Positions 1-12,852 of a stretch of 64,000 bases of DNA are shown piece after piece. Both the position numbers and the translations under genes were made by a program. Source of the DNA: Octopus sinensis (lineage: Eukaryota); assembly GCF_006345805.1 (NCBI RefSeq), contig NC_043000.1, forward strand, positions 125,054,001 to 125,118,000, written 5' to 3'. The number at the start of each line of letters is the position of its first letter. Positions within the stretch are counted from its first letter, which is position 1. The notes under the pieces are model-generated. The model was not told the origin of the DNA, made no database searches, and worked only from the letters and a program-made list of their open reading frames with translations.

Positions 1-88
1 TGTGTGTATATACACTCACATGGATATATATATATATATCCATATATATTTTTATTTGTATATGTATATACAGATATTTTTGTTTGTG

Positions 89-154
<66 letters not shown>

Positions 155-714
155 GTACGCACAAAAATATCTGTATATACATGTAATATATATATCTACA
201 TGTATTTATATAGAGATATCTTTATGTGTGTGCATATATACATATACACACACACACATATATATATTATATATATACGCATATATATATACATATATAT
301 ATACATATATATATATATGTATGTATGTATATATGTGTATATAAATATATATATGTGTGTGTGTGTATATGTATATATATATATATATATATATACATAT
401 ATATATACATATATACATATATACATATGCACACAAGAATATCTGTACATAAACATACACACAGGCACACACCCACACACACATACCCACACTCTCATAC
501 ACATGCATACACACAAACAAATATATATACACACATGCACTCAAACATACATACGCACACACACACATAAACATATATAGTATATATGTATATATATATA
601 TATATTATATATATATATATATATATAAACACACACATATTTATATATAATTATGTATTATTTATTTTTTATGCATATATATGTTTATATGTGCACAAGC
701 ATATATACACACTG

Positions 715-749
<35 letters not shown>

Positions 750-860
750 CACACTCACACACACACACATATATATTTCTGCCTGTGTACATGTATGTGT
801 GTGAATGTGTGTGTGTACGTGTGTTTGTGTGCATATGTGTATGTGTATGTGCATCATAAT
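1..860. repeat. Compound (TA)n/(CA)n/(TG)n/(TC)n microsatellite
   Basis: Dinucleotide runs seen directly; the overlapping YI/HT-rich ORFs are translation artefacts. Confidence 0.95.
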
Positions 861-1203
861 GATACTATCTCTTCCTCACGGTGATAAAACAACACAAGAT
901 CACATATAGATTAACAACTCTTTCCTGTCTTCTTGAGGTTTCATTCCGTTGATTCGATATTTTTTCCTTCTTCCATTTTCACCCTCTACCATAGTCTATA
1001 TTTATCATTTGGTATGTATTATTCTGTCAATATGTTGTTTGAAGCTTTAGTTATTGCTATCTTCGTTAACTAGTCTTGACTCTTCTCCTAAATGTGTCCT
1101 TCACAAATGGTAGACCATTTTTTTATAATATGCCGTCAACTTATGTAATTTATTAAATAAAAACACAGCTTGAGAAAAACATAAGGCACTTGTAGTTATT
1201 ATT

Positions 1204-1232
<29 letters not shown>

Positions 1233-1234
<2 letters not shown>

Positions 1235-1688
1235 AAGTATGTGCAGGTTTGGGTGTGTATGTACAGATGTGGGTGTGTGGTTAAGAAGCTTGCACTGTAA
1301 CCATGTGGTTTTGGGTTCTGTCCCACCATGTGACACCTTGGACAAATATCTTCTACTATGGTTTTGGCTGGTTTATGCCTTGTGAGTTAATTTTGTAGGT
1401 GGAAACAGCATGGAAGCCCATCATATATACATGTGTGTGTGTGTATGTGTGTGTGTGTGTGTGTGTGGTGTGTGTGTGTGTGTGTGTGTGTGTAAGTATG
1501 TACAGGTTTGGGTGTGTGTGTATAGATGTGGGTGTGTGGTTAAGAAGCTTGCTCTGTAACCATGTGGTTTTTGGGTTCTATCCCATAATGTGACACCTTG
1601 GACAAATGTCTTCTACTATGGTTCTGGCTGGTTTATACCTTGTGAGTTAATTTCGTAGACTGAAACAGTATGGAAGCCAGTCATATAT

Positions 1689-1690
<2 letters not shown>
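1233..1690 (+). mobile_element. Tandem duplication (~260-bp period) of a tRNA-derived SINE 5' half (family C)
   Basis: Two near-identical units (gtgtggttaagaagcttgc...aaccatgtggtt..gggttc.atccca...ggaagcc.gtc) separated by (TG)n; same head as 54243 and 62031. Confidence 0.8.
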
Positions 1691-1723
<33 letters not shown>

Positions 1724-2122
1724 GTGTGTGTGTGTTGTGTGTCTGTGTTTGTGTGCGTGTGATTGTGTGTAGAAAGAATACCACAAGCAAAGAAATTGCT
1801 CTTCTACAATGATGTTTTCTGGATTAAGAAAAACACTGAAGAACCATTTGGTGTAAGCTTTGGATCAAATGACTCAACAGAGGTAAGCAACATTGTTGAC
1901 CTTTTATACATTTGAAAACTTAACAAATTCCTATCCATCTCTCATGGTCTATATAGGGATAATGGTCTACTCCTACTAAGAAATTATAACCCACAAAAAG
2001 AAAGGTAAATTTAGAGTTAGAAGAGAACTACATCACTTCTTAAAAAAGTTGAGCTTACAGTAGAAACACAACTAAAGTCTGTCAATTTCCTAGATCTTAC
2101 CCTCAATCCAGAATCCAGTATA

Positions 2123-2729
2123 CAGAGTTGGCCAAAAGTCACCTGACAGTAAGCCAAAAGCATTTAATTCCAAGATTTATTTATGTTTAACAACTGAATG
2201 AATTTAATAATCTCTCTATATATAAACGGCAGTTTGTCTGTGTGTGTTTCTGTGTGTCTGTTAGGTTGTACCCTCACCCTGACCATGGCTTTCAACTGAT
2301 TCTGATGAAACTTGACACACACATAGCCTAATGTCATAATTGAAAACTAACGCAGCGAAAATTTTGAAAAGTTCCCCCAGTTCTGAAAAAAATCGATAAA
2401 TTCGACATGGGGTCGAGAATCAGAAACACAAACCACAGACTGTCTAGGGGACGCAACTCGACCTTTTTTAACTCTCAAAAAAATTTACCATCATTTTTTT
2501 TCCATTTTTTTGCTATTTTTTGGCTATAACTCTCTAAAAATGCTTTATAGTTATTTCCCTTACAAACCTGAGCAACGCCGGGCGATACTGCTAGTAGCAT
2601 TTAAATATGAAACATCATGGAAATTGTTCAAACTGAAGTGACAGCATTTTTCCAAATGAACAAATAAAAATGAATATTAAGTATTTATGGAATTTTGATT
2701 TACTGTCGGGTAACTTTTGGCCAACCCTG
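2123..2729. mobile_element. Tc1/mariner-type MITE
   Basis: 30-bp TIRs CAGAGTTGGCCAAAAGTCACCTGACAGTAA / TTACTGTCGGGTAACTTTTGGCCAACCCTG (3 mismatches), TA on both sides; removing it restores the PLE frame (ESS-IYKP). Confidence 0.9.
2211..2594 (+). mobile_element. Non-autonomous Helitron-like element
   Basis: Begins TC after A (tctctctatatataaa), has an internal (GT)/(GTCT) tract, a GC-rich subterminal hairpin (cctg-agcaacgc-cggg) and a CTAG 3' end followed by T; no TSD. Confidence 0.8.
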
Positions 2730-3494
2730 TATATAAACCCCACAAGAAAGATAATGCAAAAGTTCAGCATATACATAGAGAATCCAACCAGCCCCAAAAG
2801 CATTGTCAAAAGCTTAGTAAAGAACATTTCTCTTACACATTCATCTTTATCTTCCAATGTAAAAAATTCTAAATGAAGTAGAAACTCCAGAAAAAGCAAA
2901 AGCTCTCAGTAACAGTAGTTACAAGGAAATACTGGTTGTGGTTGCAGAGCACTGCTTTAGATAAATGAACCCCTGGAGAGAAACATGCAAACCAACAATC
3001 TTTACATCTATGCACATGTTTTTGTGAACATCAAAGCACAAGATAAATAAATTTCTATACTAACAACACCATGACATGCCCTGTTAATAACCCTCACCTT
3101 TCAAATACAAACAGGAAATACTCTAATTAACAACACTTGCTTACATTCTTTTGTGAACCAGTAAAAAATTCCATTACAAAAAAATTTGACACAAACAATT
3201 ACTAAATTTTGAAATACTGGACTTTGACCTTTAAATTGTCAAAGCAAAGGATAAAATCCAATAAAACTAAAAATAATTAAAACTGCTGGCTCATCCACTG
3301 ACTGAAAAAAACCCTCCTATATCTACTTACATCCTCATTGTGAATCACTAAAAAACAATTCCATGACTTGAACTGGACACACCTAGAAATATACACCTAT
3401 TTACAAGACTCTACTTGTATGAATAAATTCTAAATAACATGACCCAAAATTTAGCCAATAAAATTTTTCAACGTTTTTGTTTATGTTTTTTTTT

Positions 3495-3990
3495 TGTGCT
3501 CCAATTATTTCTGGTAGTGTTTTCACCTTCATGCCCCAGCATCTTGAATACTTCAATTTCGAGATCTTTGTACTTTGATAATTTCTCCACTTCTTTTGAG
3601 CAATATTTTGGTCAGAAGGAACTCCAATCCTTGATTATTATGTCTGGGTGATTAACTTTTATTCCTTTGTTAGTTTGAACAAGCATATCCCAGATGATTA
3701 TACCTTAGTCATCGACACGTCCGGTTTCTGGTGATCACACTGAATCATTGCATCACACAGGATTTTGCAATTCTCATTCTCAGTAACTTCTGGTGTTTTC
3801 TCATACCACGTCTTTGCTTTTTGTTGGCTGTGATTTCCACAGAGCTCCCAATGGATCATTCTTGTCACATAGTCATGGCGTCTTTTGTATTGTTGTCGTG
3901 TCAATTTCAAGCACCCACTAATGATTTGCCATACCATTTCACCACACATTCTGCATTTGTCGCTGTCGATAATGTTGTCTATTCTGTACA
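3495..3990 (-). mobile_element. R4/Dong-like (RLE) non-LTR retrotransposon C-terminal relic
   Basis: CRMC..IISGC zinc knuckle, YKRRHD, QKPD and PSDQNI..EKLSKYKDLEIEV motifs of the restriction-like endonuclease domain, with frameshifts. Confidence 0.8.
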
Positions 3991-4011
3991 TTATAATTAT
4001 AATTATTATTA

Positions 4012-4058
<47 letters not shown>

Positions 4059-4059
4059 G

Positions 4060-4635
4060 CTTTTTTTCTTCTTTCAAATTTGCTTCCATTTCTTGCTGAG
4101 TGTCTTCCCGACTCCTAGGGCAAAGAAACTCATAGTATACATTGGTAGGCCATTAAACCAAACTCAATAGTTCGTTCATTTTTTTTTTTTTTTTTTTAAG
4201 TTAAATTAAAATACATGAGCAGCAACAGTTCTCACATCGACAATGCTCTTCTCAATACGTGTGATGTACCAGTTAAGACAATCTTTTGCACTTCTTGCAG
4301 GGATGGTAAGCCAGGGATCATTCCCATATAATTTTTGGTTCCCTTCTTGATCATTCCTAGTGCTCCTACGATCACTGGTATTGTAACCGCCTTGAGATGC
4401 CACATTTTCTCAATTTCAATGAGTAGGTCTTTATATTTTCTGAGCTTATCAAACTCTTTCGCTGAGATATTATGATCACAGGGGATGCTCATGTCGATCA
4501 ATAAGCAAACTTTATTGTTTTGGTCTTTCACAACAATATCTGGTTTATTGGCCTTGATGGTTCAGTCTGTATGTACTGGAAAGTTCCACAGAATGGTTAC
4601 ATTTTCTCCTTCAGTTACAGCCTCAGGGTGGTGAT
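4060..4635 (-). mobile_element. 5'-truncated R4/Dong-like element 3' end within (TAA)n
   Basis: ORF 4232-4531: ANKPDIVVKD..LIDMSIP..KEFDKLRKYKDL..PVIVGALG, then stop, 3' UTR and (TAA)n; (TAA)n also lies on the 5' side. Confidence 0.88.
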
Positions 4636-4710
4636 TATATATTATTATTATTATTATTAATATTATTATTATTATTATTATTATTATCATTATTATTATT
4701 ATTATTATTC

Positions 4711-4900
4711 AGGTGATTAGATGGCAGAATTGTTAGTGACATCTTGTCCATCCTTAGATTCTGAGTTCAAATTCCCCTGAGTTTGACTTTACCTTTCATC
4801 CTTCTGGGGATGATGAAATAAGTACCAGTTGAATACTGGGGTTGATGTAATTGAATTGCCCCTACGGCTGAGATTGCTTGCCTTGTGCTAAAATTTGAAC
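4711..4900 (+). mobile_element. SINE family M (tRNA-like head plus gtcgactttgcctttcatcc..ataagtaccag core)
   Basis: B-box-like gagttcaaattc; core shared with copies at 13285-14352, 37315, 44131 and 58324. From memory the core resembles the Meta-SINE-type central domain (unverified). Confidence 0.7.
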
Positions 4901-4904
4901 ACCA

Positions 4905-4993
4905 ACACCATCATCATCATCATCATCATCATCATTATTATTTACATTATTTACATTATTTACAGAACTATATTATTATTATTATTATTATTA

Positions 4994-5030
<37 letters not shown>

Positions 5031-5046
5031 CATCATCATCATCATT

Positions 5047-5079
<33 letters not shown>

Positions 5080-5106
5080 TTCATCATTATCATCATCATC
5101 ATCATC

Positions 5107-5148
<42 letters not shown>

Positions 5149-5221
5149 TTCATCATCATCATCATCTTCATCATCATCATCATCATTATTATTTACATTA
5201 TTTACATTATTTACAGAACTA

Positions 5222-5307
<86 letters not shown>

Positions 5308-5334
5308 TTCATCATTATCATCATCATCATCATC

Positions 5335-5370
<36 letters not shown>

Positions 5371-5432
5371 TTCATCATCATCATCATCTTCATCATCATC
5401 ATCATCATTATTATTATTATTATCATTATTAC
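4905..5432. repeat. (ATT)n/(ATC)n microsatellite mosaic duplicated in tandem (~250-bp period)
   Basis: Anchor ttatttacattatttacattatttacagaactatatt occurs at ~4937 and ~5188, each followed by the same ATT/ATC/CTT pattern. Confidence 0.85.
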
Positions 5433-5611
5433 TCCCTTTTCACTTGTTTCAGTCATTTGACTGCGGACATGCTGGGGCACCACCTTTGATCATTTTTAGT
5501 CAAGTAAATTGACTCCAGTACTTATTCAACACACACGCACACACGATGAGCTTCCACACAGCTTCCATCTACCAAATCCACTATTATTAATAATATATTA
5601 TTAATTATATA

Positions 5612-7073
5612 ACTCTATAAGATGCACCAAGTGTAAGCTATGGACACATAAGAGGTGCAGCAATGTCATAGGAAGGCTAACTAGGAAGATGGTTTTTGTA
5701 TGTGGTAGATGCTTGGGAGCATTAACCTCTGAAAATCTGCAGAAAACAACTTCCGTCACTTTCCAGGGGAAAAAACTAGAAGTAGTTGATAGCTTCCGTT
5801 ATCTTGGTGACCAAGTCAGTAGTGGGGGTGGGTGTGCTGAAAGTGTAACGGCTAGAGTAAGAATAGCCTGGGCAAAGTTTAGGGAGCTCTTACCTCTGTT
5901 GGTGACTAAAGGCCTCTCGCTCAGAGTAAAAGGCAGACTGTATGATGCATGTGTACGAACAGCCATGCTACATGGCAGTGAAACATGAGCCGTGACTGCT
6001 GAGGACATGCGTAAGCTCGCGAGAAATAAAGCTATTATGCTCCGTTGGATGTGTAATGTCAGTGTTCATAGTCGACAGAGTGTAAGTACCTTGAGAGAAA
6101 AGTTGGACCTAAGAGGCATCAGATGTTGTGTGCAAGAGAGACGATTGCGCTGGTATGGTCATGTGGTGAGAATGGATGAAGATAGGTGTGTGAAAAAGTG
6201 CCACACCCTGGCAGTTGAGGGGACCTGTGGAAGAGGTAGACCCAGGAAAACCTGGGTCGAGGTGGTGAAGCACGACCTTCGAACTCTAGGCCTCACCAAG
6301 GAAACGACCAGAGACTGAGACCTATGGAAGTATGCTGTGCGTCAGAAGACCCGGCAAGACCAGTGAGAACAATCAAAATCAAATCATATATCAGAAAGCA
6401 GGGGTTAAGTGACCCATCCGTTCGTGTCCACTGTCAGCCTCGTCTAGCACCCATGTCGGTGATACGTAAAAGCACCATTTGCTCGTGGCCGTTTGCCAGC
6501 TCTGTCTGGCCCCGTGTCGGTGGCACGTAAAAGCACCATCCGTTCATGTCCGTTGCCAGCCTCGGCTGGCCCCCGTGCCGGTGACACGTAAAAGCACCGT
6601 CCGTTCGTGGCCGTTTGCCAGCTCTGTCTGGCAACCGTGTCAGTGACACGTAAAAGCACCATCCGTTCATGTCCGTTGCCAGCCTCGGCTGGCCCCCGTG
6701 CCGGTGACACGTAAAAGCACCGTCCGTTCGTGGCCGTTTGCCAGTTCTGTCTGGCCCCGTGTCGGTGGCACGTAAAAGCACCATCCGTTCGTGTCCATTG
6801 CCAGCATCGCCTGGCCCCTTGCCGGTGACACGTAAAAGCACCATCCATTCATGGCCGTTTGCCAGCTCTGTCTGGCACCTGTGCAGGTGGTATGTAAAAA
6901 ACACCCACTACACTCGCGGAGTGGTTGGCGTTAGGAAGGGCATCCAGCTGTAGAAACACTGCCAGATCTGACTGGGCCTGACGAAGCCTTCCAGCTTCAC
7001 AGACCCCAGTTGACCCGTCCAACCCATGCTAGCATGGAAAGCGGACGCTAAATGATGATGATGATGATGATGA
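5612..7073 (+). mobile_element. 5'-truncated RTE-clade LINE (partial PHD, thumb, 3' UTR array, (GAT)n tail)
   Basis: ORFs 5689-5988 and 5992-6318 (EVVDSFRYLG, RLRWYGHV, GRGRPRKTW) are near-identical to the copy at 39327; 8 tandem ~61-bp UTR units; (GAT)n tail. Confidence 0.93.
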
Positions 7074-7186
7074 TATTATTAATATTATCATCATTATTAT
7101 TATTATTAAAGCTTGCTCAAACACAATTTTCAGTACGAATACGGACCGTGAAAGTGTGGCCCATCGATCCTTTCCGAACAGTGGCT

Positions 7187-7318
7187 GTGAAGGCACATGG
7201 CTCAGTGGTTAGAGCGTCAAGCTTATGATCATGAGGTTGTGAGTTCGAGTCCCAGATCGGGCTGTGTGTTGTGTTCTGGAGCCAAACACTTTATTTCACA
7301 TTGCTCCAGTTCACTCAG
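7187..7318 (+). mobile_element. tRNA-derived CORE-like SINE, 5' part
   Basis: A box tggctcagtgg, B box gagttcgagtccc, then gtgttgtgttc.tggagc.aaacactttatttcac core. Confidence 0.8.
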
Positions 7319-7548
7319 TAGTAGTTGTTGCTGTGGTAGTAGTAGTGGTTGTGGTAGTGGTGGTGGTGGTATTAGTAGTAGTAGTAGTTTTAGTAGTAGT
7401 AGTAATAGTAGTGGAGGTGGTGGTGGTAGTAGTAGTAGCAGTGGTAGTGTTGGTGGTATTAGTAGTAGTGATGGTGGTGGTGGTAGTAGTAGTAGTGATG
7501 GTGGTAGTGGTGGTGGTAATAGTAGTAGTAATAGTAGTGGCGGCGGCG

Positions 7549-7581
<33 letters not shown>

Positions 7582-7705
7582 ATAGTAGTAGTAGTAGTAG
7601 TAGAAGTAGTAGTAGTAGTAGTAGTTGTAGTAGTTGTAGTAGTAGTAGCAGCAGCAGCAGCAGTGGTGGTGGTGGTAGGGATGGTAGTAGTAGTAGTAGT
7701 AGTCT
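7316..7705. repeat. (GTA)n/(GTG)n trinucleotide microsatellite
   Basis: Seen directly; gives the poly-S/G/V pseudo-ORFs. Confidence 0.95.
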
Positions 7706-8298
7706 ATTGACATGAGAGGATTTTGCTAGTATTATTATCACATATACCCTCTGTGGATGTGACGCAGAAAAGTAGAGAGAGTGCATCAAGTTTGATGTCT
7801 TCACTATCTCCATAACCTTCACAAAATAAACTCGATTTAATGGCCATTTTACTCGTTGTCTTGTTAAGTTTATTTACAGAGCATTTTCTCTTCTTTCTTC
7901 TTTTTTTTAATACTGTCCTACTAATTTTTGTCTTTTTAGTTGTTAAATAATCATTTCCTTAGAAGATAAAGACAATGGAGGGACAGAAGTTATTTCCCTA
8001 AAATAACTGAAAAATTTTAGAAGTTTTCTTGTCTTGTGTTTTTCTCCCCTTCTTTTTTATGATAATCAAAGATGTTAATCTCAAAAACAAAAACAAAAAA
8101 AAGAAAGAAAAAGACAAGAAATAATATTAACCAAAAATAATAAATAAATAATTCCACCATGGCATTTTTTGAAAGAAATTTGCTAAATAAAGCTAACAGA
8201 GTGTAAGCTTTTATGTTGCTTCTCCACAAAAAGAAATATCTATATATCTATATCTATATGTACATATATAATATATATATATATATATATACACACAC

Positions 8299-8381
<83 letters not shown>

Positions 8382-8388
8382 GTATATA

Positions 8389-8438
<50 letters not shown>

Positions 8439-9133
8439 TGTGTATATATATGTATATATATATATGTATGTATATATATGTATATATATATTTCAAATAA
8501 AAGAAATTTATAATAAATTAATGTTATTTTTGATACATTTTAAAAGGTTATCTTAGAAGAATACTTGCTAGTAATGGTAAGCTGGTGGAATATGTCTGAA
8601 GATAAATGGAAAGAGACAAAGAGTGAAGGTATGGGGGAAGGGGAAAATTATATATGGTGTGTACATACTTCTAGTTGTTAGCAGTTGTTGTTATTTAGCC
8701 CCAGGTAAATCCCAGATGAGCCATCTTATGATCAACGGTGTTCCAGCTACGACAAATTCCATTAATTTATTTTGATCAATGTGTCCATACTTTATTTAAA
8801 AGAAGATTGGAGTGGGGTCTGAGGCCGTGTGATTTGAGGGAGATTTGACAGTTATTTTTAGTAGATCAAGTGACCACATAAAGGCTTGCTTTTTGGCTCA
8901 TGTGTATGTTGAATGTGTGTGTACATGCGTGCATGTATGTGTGCATGTGTGTGCGCTATACTAGCGTATGAAAGTGTGTATTCAGACTCATATACATACA
9001 TACACACACACACACACACACTCATGTATATACATATGCACTCAAACACACACATATATACATATTTATTCTTGTCAACTCATACTAGTATGGAATACAA
9101 ATGTTAAATGATGATATATATACATATACACAC

Positions 9134-9170
<37 letters not shown>

Positions 9171-9231
9171 TGCATGTGTGTGCATGTGTGTACATGTATG
9201 CATGTAAGTGTGGATGTTTAAGTATGAGAAA

Positions 9232-9277
<46 letters not shown>

Positions 9278-9967
9278 TAAACCATCGAAAATACCAACAG
9301 AAAATTAAAGACGAAGAGCAAAACCAAGTATCTTTGCTAATAACAAAAAGCAAAACAAAACCATTGGATTCACAGATGTTGCTTAATGCATTAGAAATTA
9401 TAGCCACAGGCATGGAATGAGAAACCAAGGGAAGTAATCCGAATTGACATGTAATGAATGTGTTAGGAGGCTGGCAGCAAATTGATCTTTCTGTTCTTGC
9501 ATTAGTGCTGTTTCTAACTTGGTGAAGAGGAAAAATATAATAAAACTGCATTGTCATTAGATGTTCTGTAAATGACTTTCTTTGAGTAGTTTGCTTAATG
9601 GTGTCAGTTAGAATCTTTGTAACTGCTACTTTTGTTGTGAAGATCAATGTCTGATGACGAAGTTGGTGATTATCGTTTTCTGCACCATTAATATCCCTTT
9701 CTACTTTCTACCACTGCCATTGTTGTCATCATCATTGTCATCATCACGAACCATTGAGAGAGCCTCTAAGCAGGTACTCAATCTGCTAGAAATAACAACC
9801 AATTTCCATCAAACTATATCCTGAGGGCTTAAAACAAGAAGGCCAAAGCTGGATAATGCAGTCCTAGATTTATGTAAAGGACATGACCTTCTGTTATAAT
9901 TCCTTTCACATCTGTGATGCATTATAGGAAGGAAGGGTTATTAAATTGACCCCAGTACTTGATTAAT

Positions 9968-10200
9968 GGAGGTGCATGGCTTAGTGGTTAGGGTGTTGGA
10001 CTCACAATTGTAAAATTGTGGTTTCTATTCTTGGACCAGGTGAGGTGTTGTGTCCTTGAGCAAAGGACTTCATCTCATAGAGCTCTAGTCCACTCTAGTA
10101 GCTGATAAAAAATGAATAACTCTGTCACTGACCGACGTCCTGTCCAAGGGAAAATATATGCACCAGAGAAACCATAAAACTGACCCTATGCTCCTTATGG
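9968..10200 (+). mobile_element. tRNA-derived CORE-like SINE
   Basis: ggaggtgcatggcttagtggttagggtgttggactcac head and gtgttgtgtccttgagcaaa core; similar copy at 61733-61960. Confidence 0.75.
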
Positions 10201-10596
10201 AGTTATGTGGACTAATCCTCTCTTGATTTGTATTTCATTATATTGACCCCAGAATGATGAGAGGCTAGGATGACTTGGCAAGATTTGATCTCAGAATATA
10301 AAAGATTATGACTGCCAGATGCTGTAAAAACTACTCTCATGATAAAGGGTGAAATGTGTTTAATTCTGGTTTTACTCCATAAGGATTGACCAGAAAATAA
10401 ACAACAACAACAATAACAAACTTCCTCCTCCTCCTCCTCCTCATTCAATGTCTATTTTCCATGCTGGCATGGGTTGGATAGTTTGACAGAAGCTGGCAAC
10501 CTGGAGGGCTGCACCATGACCCAGTCGTCTGTTTTTGGCATTGTTTATATGGCTGGATGCCCTTCCCAACACCAACCACTTCACAGAGTGGTTTAA

Positions 10597-11322
10597 CCCC
10601 TTAATGGATTATCCCGAGTTTACTCATACATCACAAATGTATCTTTTTAGAACCAGATGAGTATACTCAGTCAAAATTAACTTTTAATTTTAGCACTCAA
10701 ATGAGTTTATTTGTTTTGTGTTGTTTCATTTTTGAGCAATCACAAATTTACTCGCATTTTTAAAAGAAAAAAAGAAGATTTGATGGATTTGGCTATCTGG
10801 AATGCTTATGTTGTGTATAAAGCATCTTTGGAAACTTCAGCTTCTGCTATGAAAATGCTGAAATTTAGAAAGCAAATAATCACCAAGATTATTGAAAAAT
10901 ATAGGCCCTTATTGCTTCCCACGAAACCAGGAAGACCATCATCGATCCTACATCCAACAAGATTTGCCCCAGCTGGTCACTTTTCCATGGAAATACCACC
11001 AAGTGATAAGAAAAAGAACCCTACAAGATAGTGTGCAAAATTTGCAGAGAAGAGAGACGCTAAAGGAAAGAAGATTTGAAGAGAAAGCAGATACATGCGT
11101 GATGTCTGCAAGATAAATTTGTGTGTAACTCCTTGTTTTAAAAATTATCATTATAAATAAACTCATTTTTTAAAAATGTTCCTTTGATTTAAAAGCAATA
11201 AAGAAAACAAGATAAAAAACTTTTTTTTTTGTAATTAACACAGTGTATATAATTAAAAAAGGAAATTAAAATATATGATCTGAAATGAAATGCCATGTCA
11301 AAATAATTGATCCATTAAGGGG
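10597..11322 (+). mobile_element. Internally deleted piggyBac transposon
   Basis: TTAA TSD on both sides, 13-bp perfect TIR CCCCTTAATGGAT/ATCCATTAAGGGG; internal DLAIWNAYVVYK..LKFRKQII and Cys-rich ..CVTPCFKNYH transposase C-terminal remnants. Confidence 0.9.
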
Positions 11323-11576
11323 TTAACTGCAGAAGTTCTGATAGTCTTTTATCCAAAATTCTGATATCTGACGTCTTCTATTATGGGAATATTTTTCAGG
11401 CTGGAGAAGTACTGCAAATGGAAAATTCCAGAAAATGTTTAGAATGTTCTATAGAAAGATACAGATGTTGTGAATCTTGCATTGATCTGTCTGACTGTTG
11501 GAAGTTATGCCACCTGTCCTAAGTTTGATGAAAATGTATCAGAAAATTTGTTTTACAAAAAGTGAAACTTTGCTGA

Positions 11577-11710
11577 ATGTTTGAAACTGCTACATGTTCG
11601 AAACTGCTACATGTTTTGAAACTGATACGTGTTTGAGACTGCTACATGTTTGAAACTACCACATGTTTGAAACTACTACATGTTTGAAACTACAACATGT
11701 TTGAAACTGG
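11577..11710. repeat. 17-bp minisatellite (TGTTTGAAACTGCTACA) x ~7.5
   Basis: Head-to-tail units with no spacers. Confidence 0.9.
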
Positions 11711-11859
11711 ATCAGCATTGAATTATATAAAACTACCTTCATAGCAAATTATAAGTTGTATGATTCTTTTACTTGCTGAGTTTGAAGGAAGGGATAGAGA
11801 CTTATGAACTTTCTAGTCACTCCATCCTCCTGAAGATGATGAGATTAATGCTCTTAATG

Positions 11860-12094
11860 GCCCTTTTAGCGTTCAAATCAGCCATATCAGACCTAAATAT
11901 TCCACTCATTTTGTATTCAGACTGGTTAGATTCAACCTTTCCCATCTCCTCAGCAGCGTCATTCTTAAGAAACAATCACATCATTGAAATCTTGAAGCTA
12001 TGAGATAATGCTTGATTAATTCAAAGCAATGTGGCTAAATAAACATTCCATAATCATTACAGTTGACAGAGTAATTTAGATGCTAAAGTGTTAA
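11860..12094 (-). mobile_element. TTAA-type (piggyBac-like) MITE, family B
   Basis: CCCTTTAGC..GCTAAAG(G/T)G-TTAA termini; homologous to 18801-18998 and 37968-38194. Confidence 0.7.
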
Positions 12095-12186
12095 ACTTTT
12101 GCAGGTCAACATCTGAAGAAACAACACAAGTGGGAAGGAGATTTGAAACGGTGGATGTTCTGGGGAAGAAGGATTGGACATAATGT

Positions 12187-12655
12187 TTAACCCTTTTGTT
12201 ATCGTATTTATTTGGAGATGCTCTGTGTTTCTTTCAACTATTTTAAATATAACAATGAATTTAGAAAAATAACTTAGTTATCATTAAGCTAGTGTTAGGA
12301 ACATAAATTGTGACTAAGGTTTGGTGGAAGATTTTAATTCAAAACTTATGAAAACAAGACATTTGTACTCAGAGCCAGAGCTGGTTTCAGCCAGGTTGGT
12401 ATCAAAAGGGTTAAATTAGTCATTTGTTAACCCTTTTGTTATCATATTTCTGTTGAGATGCTCTGTGTTTCTTTCAATTACTTTAAATATAACAAAGAAT
12501 TTAGTAAAATATCTTAGTTATCATTAAACTAGTGTTAGGAACATAAATTGTGACTAAGGTTTGGTGGAAGATTTTAATTCAAAACTTATGAAAACAAGAT
12601 ATTTGTACTACAGAACCAGAGTCGATTTCAGCTGGGTTGGTAACGAAAGGATTAA
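12187..12655 (+). mobile_element. Tandem dimer of TTAA-flanked piggyBac-type MITE, family A
   Basis: Two ~220-bp units TTAA-CCCTTTTGTTA...GGTATCAAAAGGG-TTAA with a 12-bp spacer attagtcatttg. Confidence 0.9.
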
Positions 12656-12852
12656 TGTAGATAGGTTGGAGTTGACCATGCCAGAGGTGATGAGATGTAG
12701 AGAGGCATTGGTGAATTTCAGGAAGTATGGAATTTTTAAAGAATGCAGTTTCATGACAGCTAACAACTGATGCAGGTAATTTATTCCATATTTCGACTAT
12801 TCCATTCCCTATAAAATTTCAAGCCTTGTGCCTATAGAAGTAAGGATTATGC

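Larger units (their letters stand above)
1805..2875 (+). pseudogene. Degenerate Penelope-like reverse transcriptase fragment, interrupted by nested DNA elements
   Basis: Manual translation gives WIKKNTEEPFGVSFGSNDSTEVSNIV, GLYRDNGLLL (YRDDG catalytic motif), SVNFLDLTLNPESS and, after the insertion, IYKPHKKDN..IHRESNQP. These match PLE RT motifs (FDVTMGSYDG, GLYRDDG, VNFLDVTL, YKP..ESNHP). Confidence 0.75.

Noticed and set aside
2-884. YI/HT/CV-rich ORFs here and at many other places
   Set aside because: Translations of (TA)n/(CA)n microsatellites.
6415-6910. CRISPR-like array (conserved gtaaaagcacc core with variable intervening sequence), also at 33810-34400
   Set aside because: The intervening sequences are homologous to each other, there are no cas genes, the context is eukaryotic, and the array is part of an RTE 3' UTR.
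9075-9700. ~140-codon open frame in unique sequence on the minus strand
   Set aside because: No recognisable motif or clear splice sites, and it runs into a microsatellite. A lineage-specific exon cannot be excluded without RNA-seq.
11393-11525. Possible Cys-rich terminal exon after ttttcag (AGEVLQMENSRKCLEC..CCESC..CWKLC)
   Set aside because: Only 40 codons, no recognisable domain and no partner exons; compatible with chance.
11577-11710. GTTTGAAAC repeats resembling CRISPR repeat ends
   Set aside because: Contiguous 17-bp minisatellite with no spacers.
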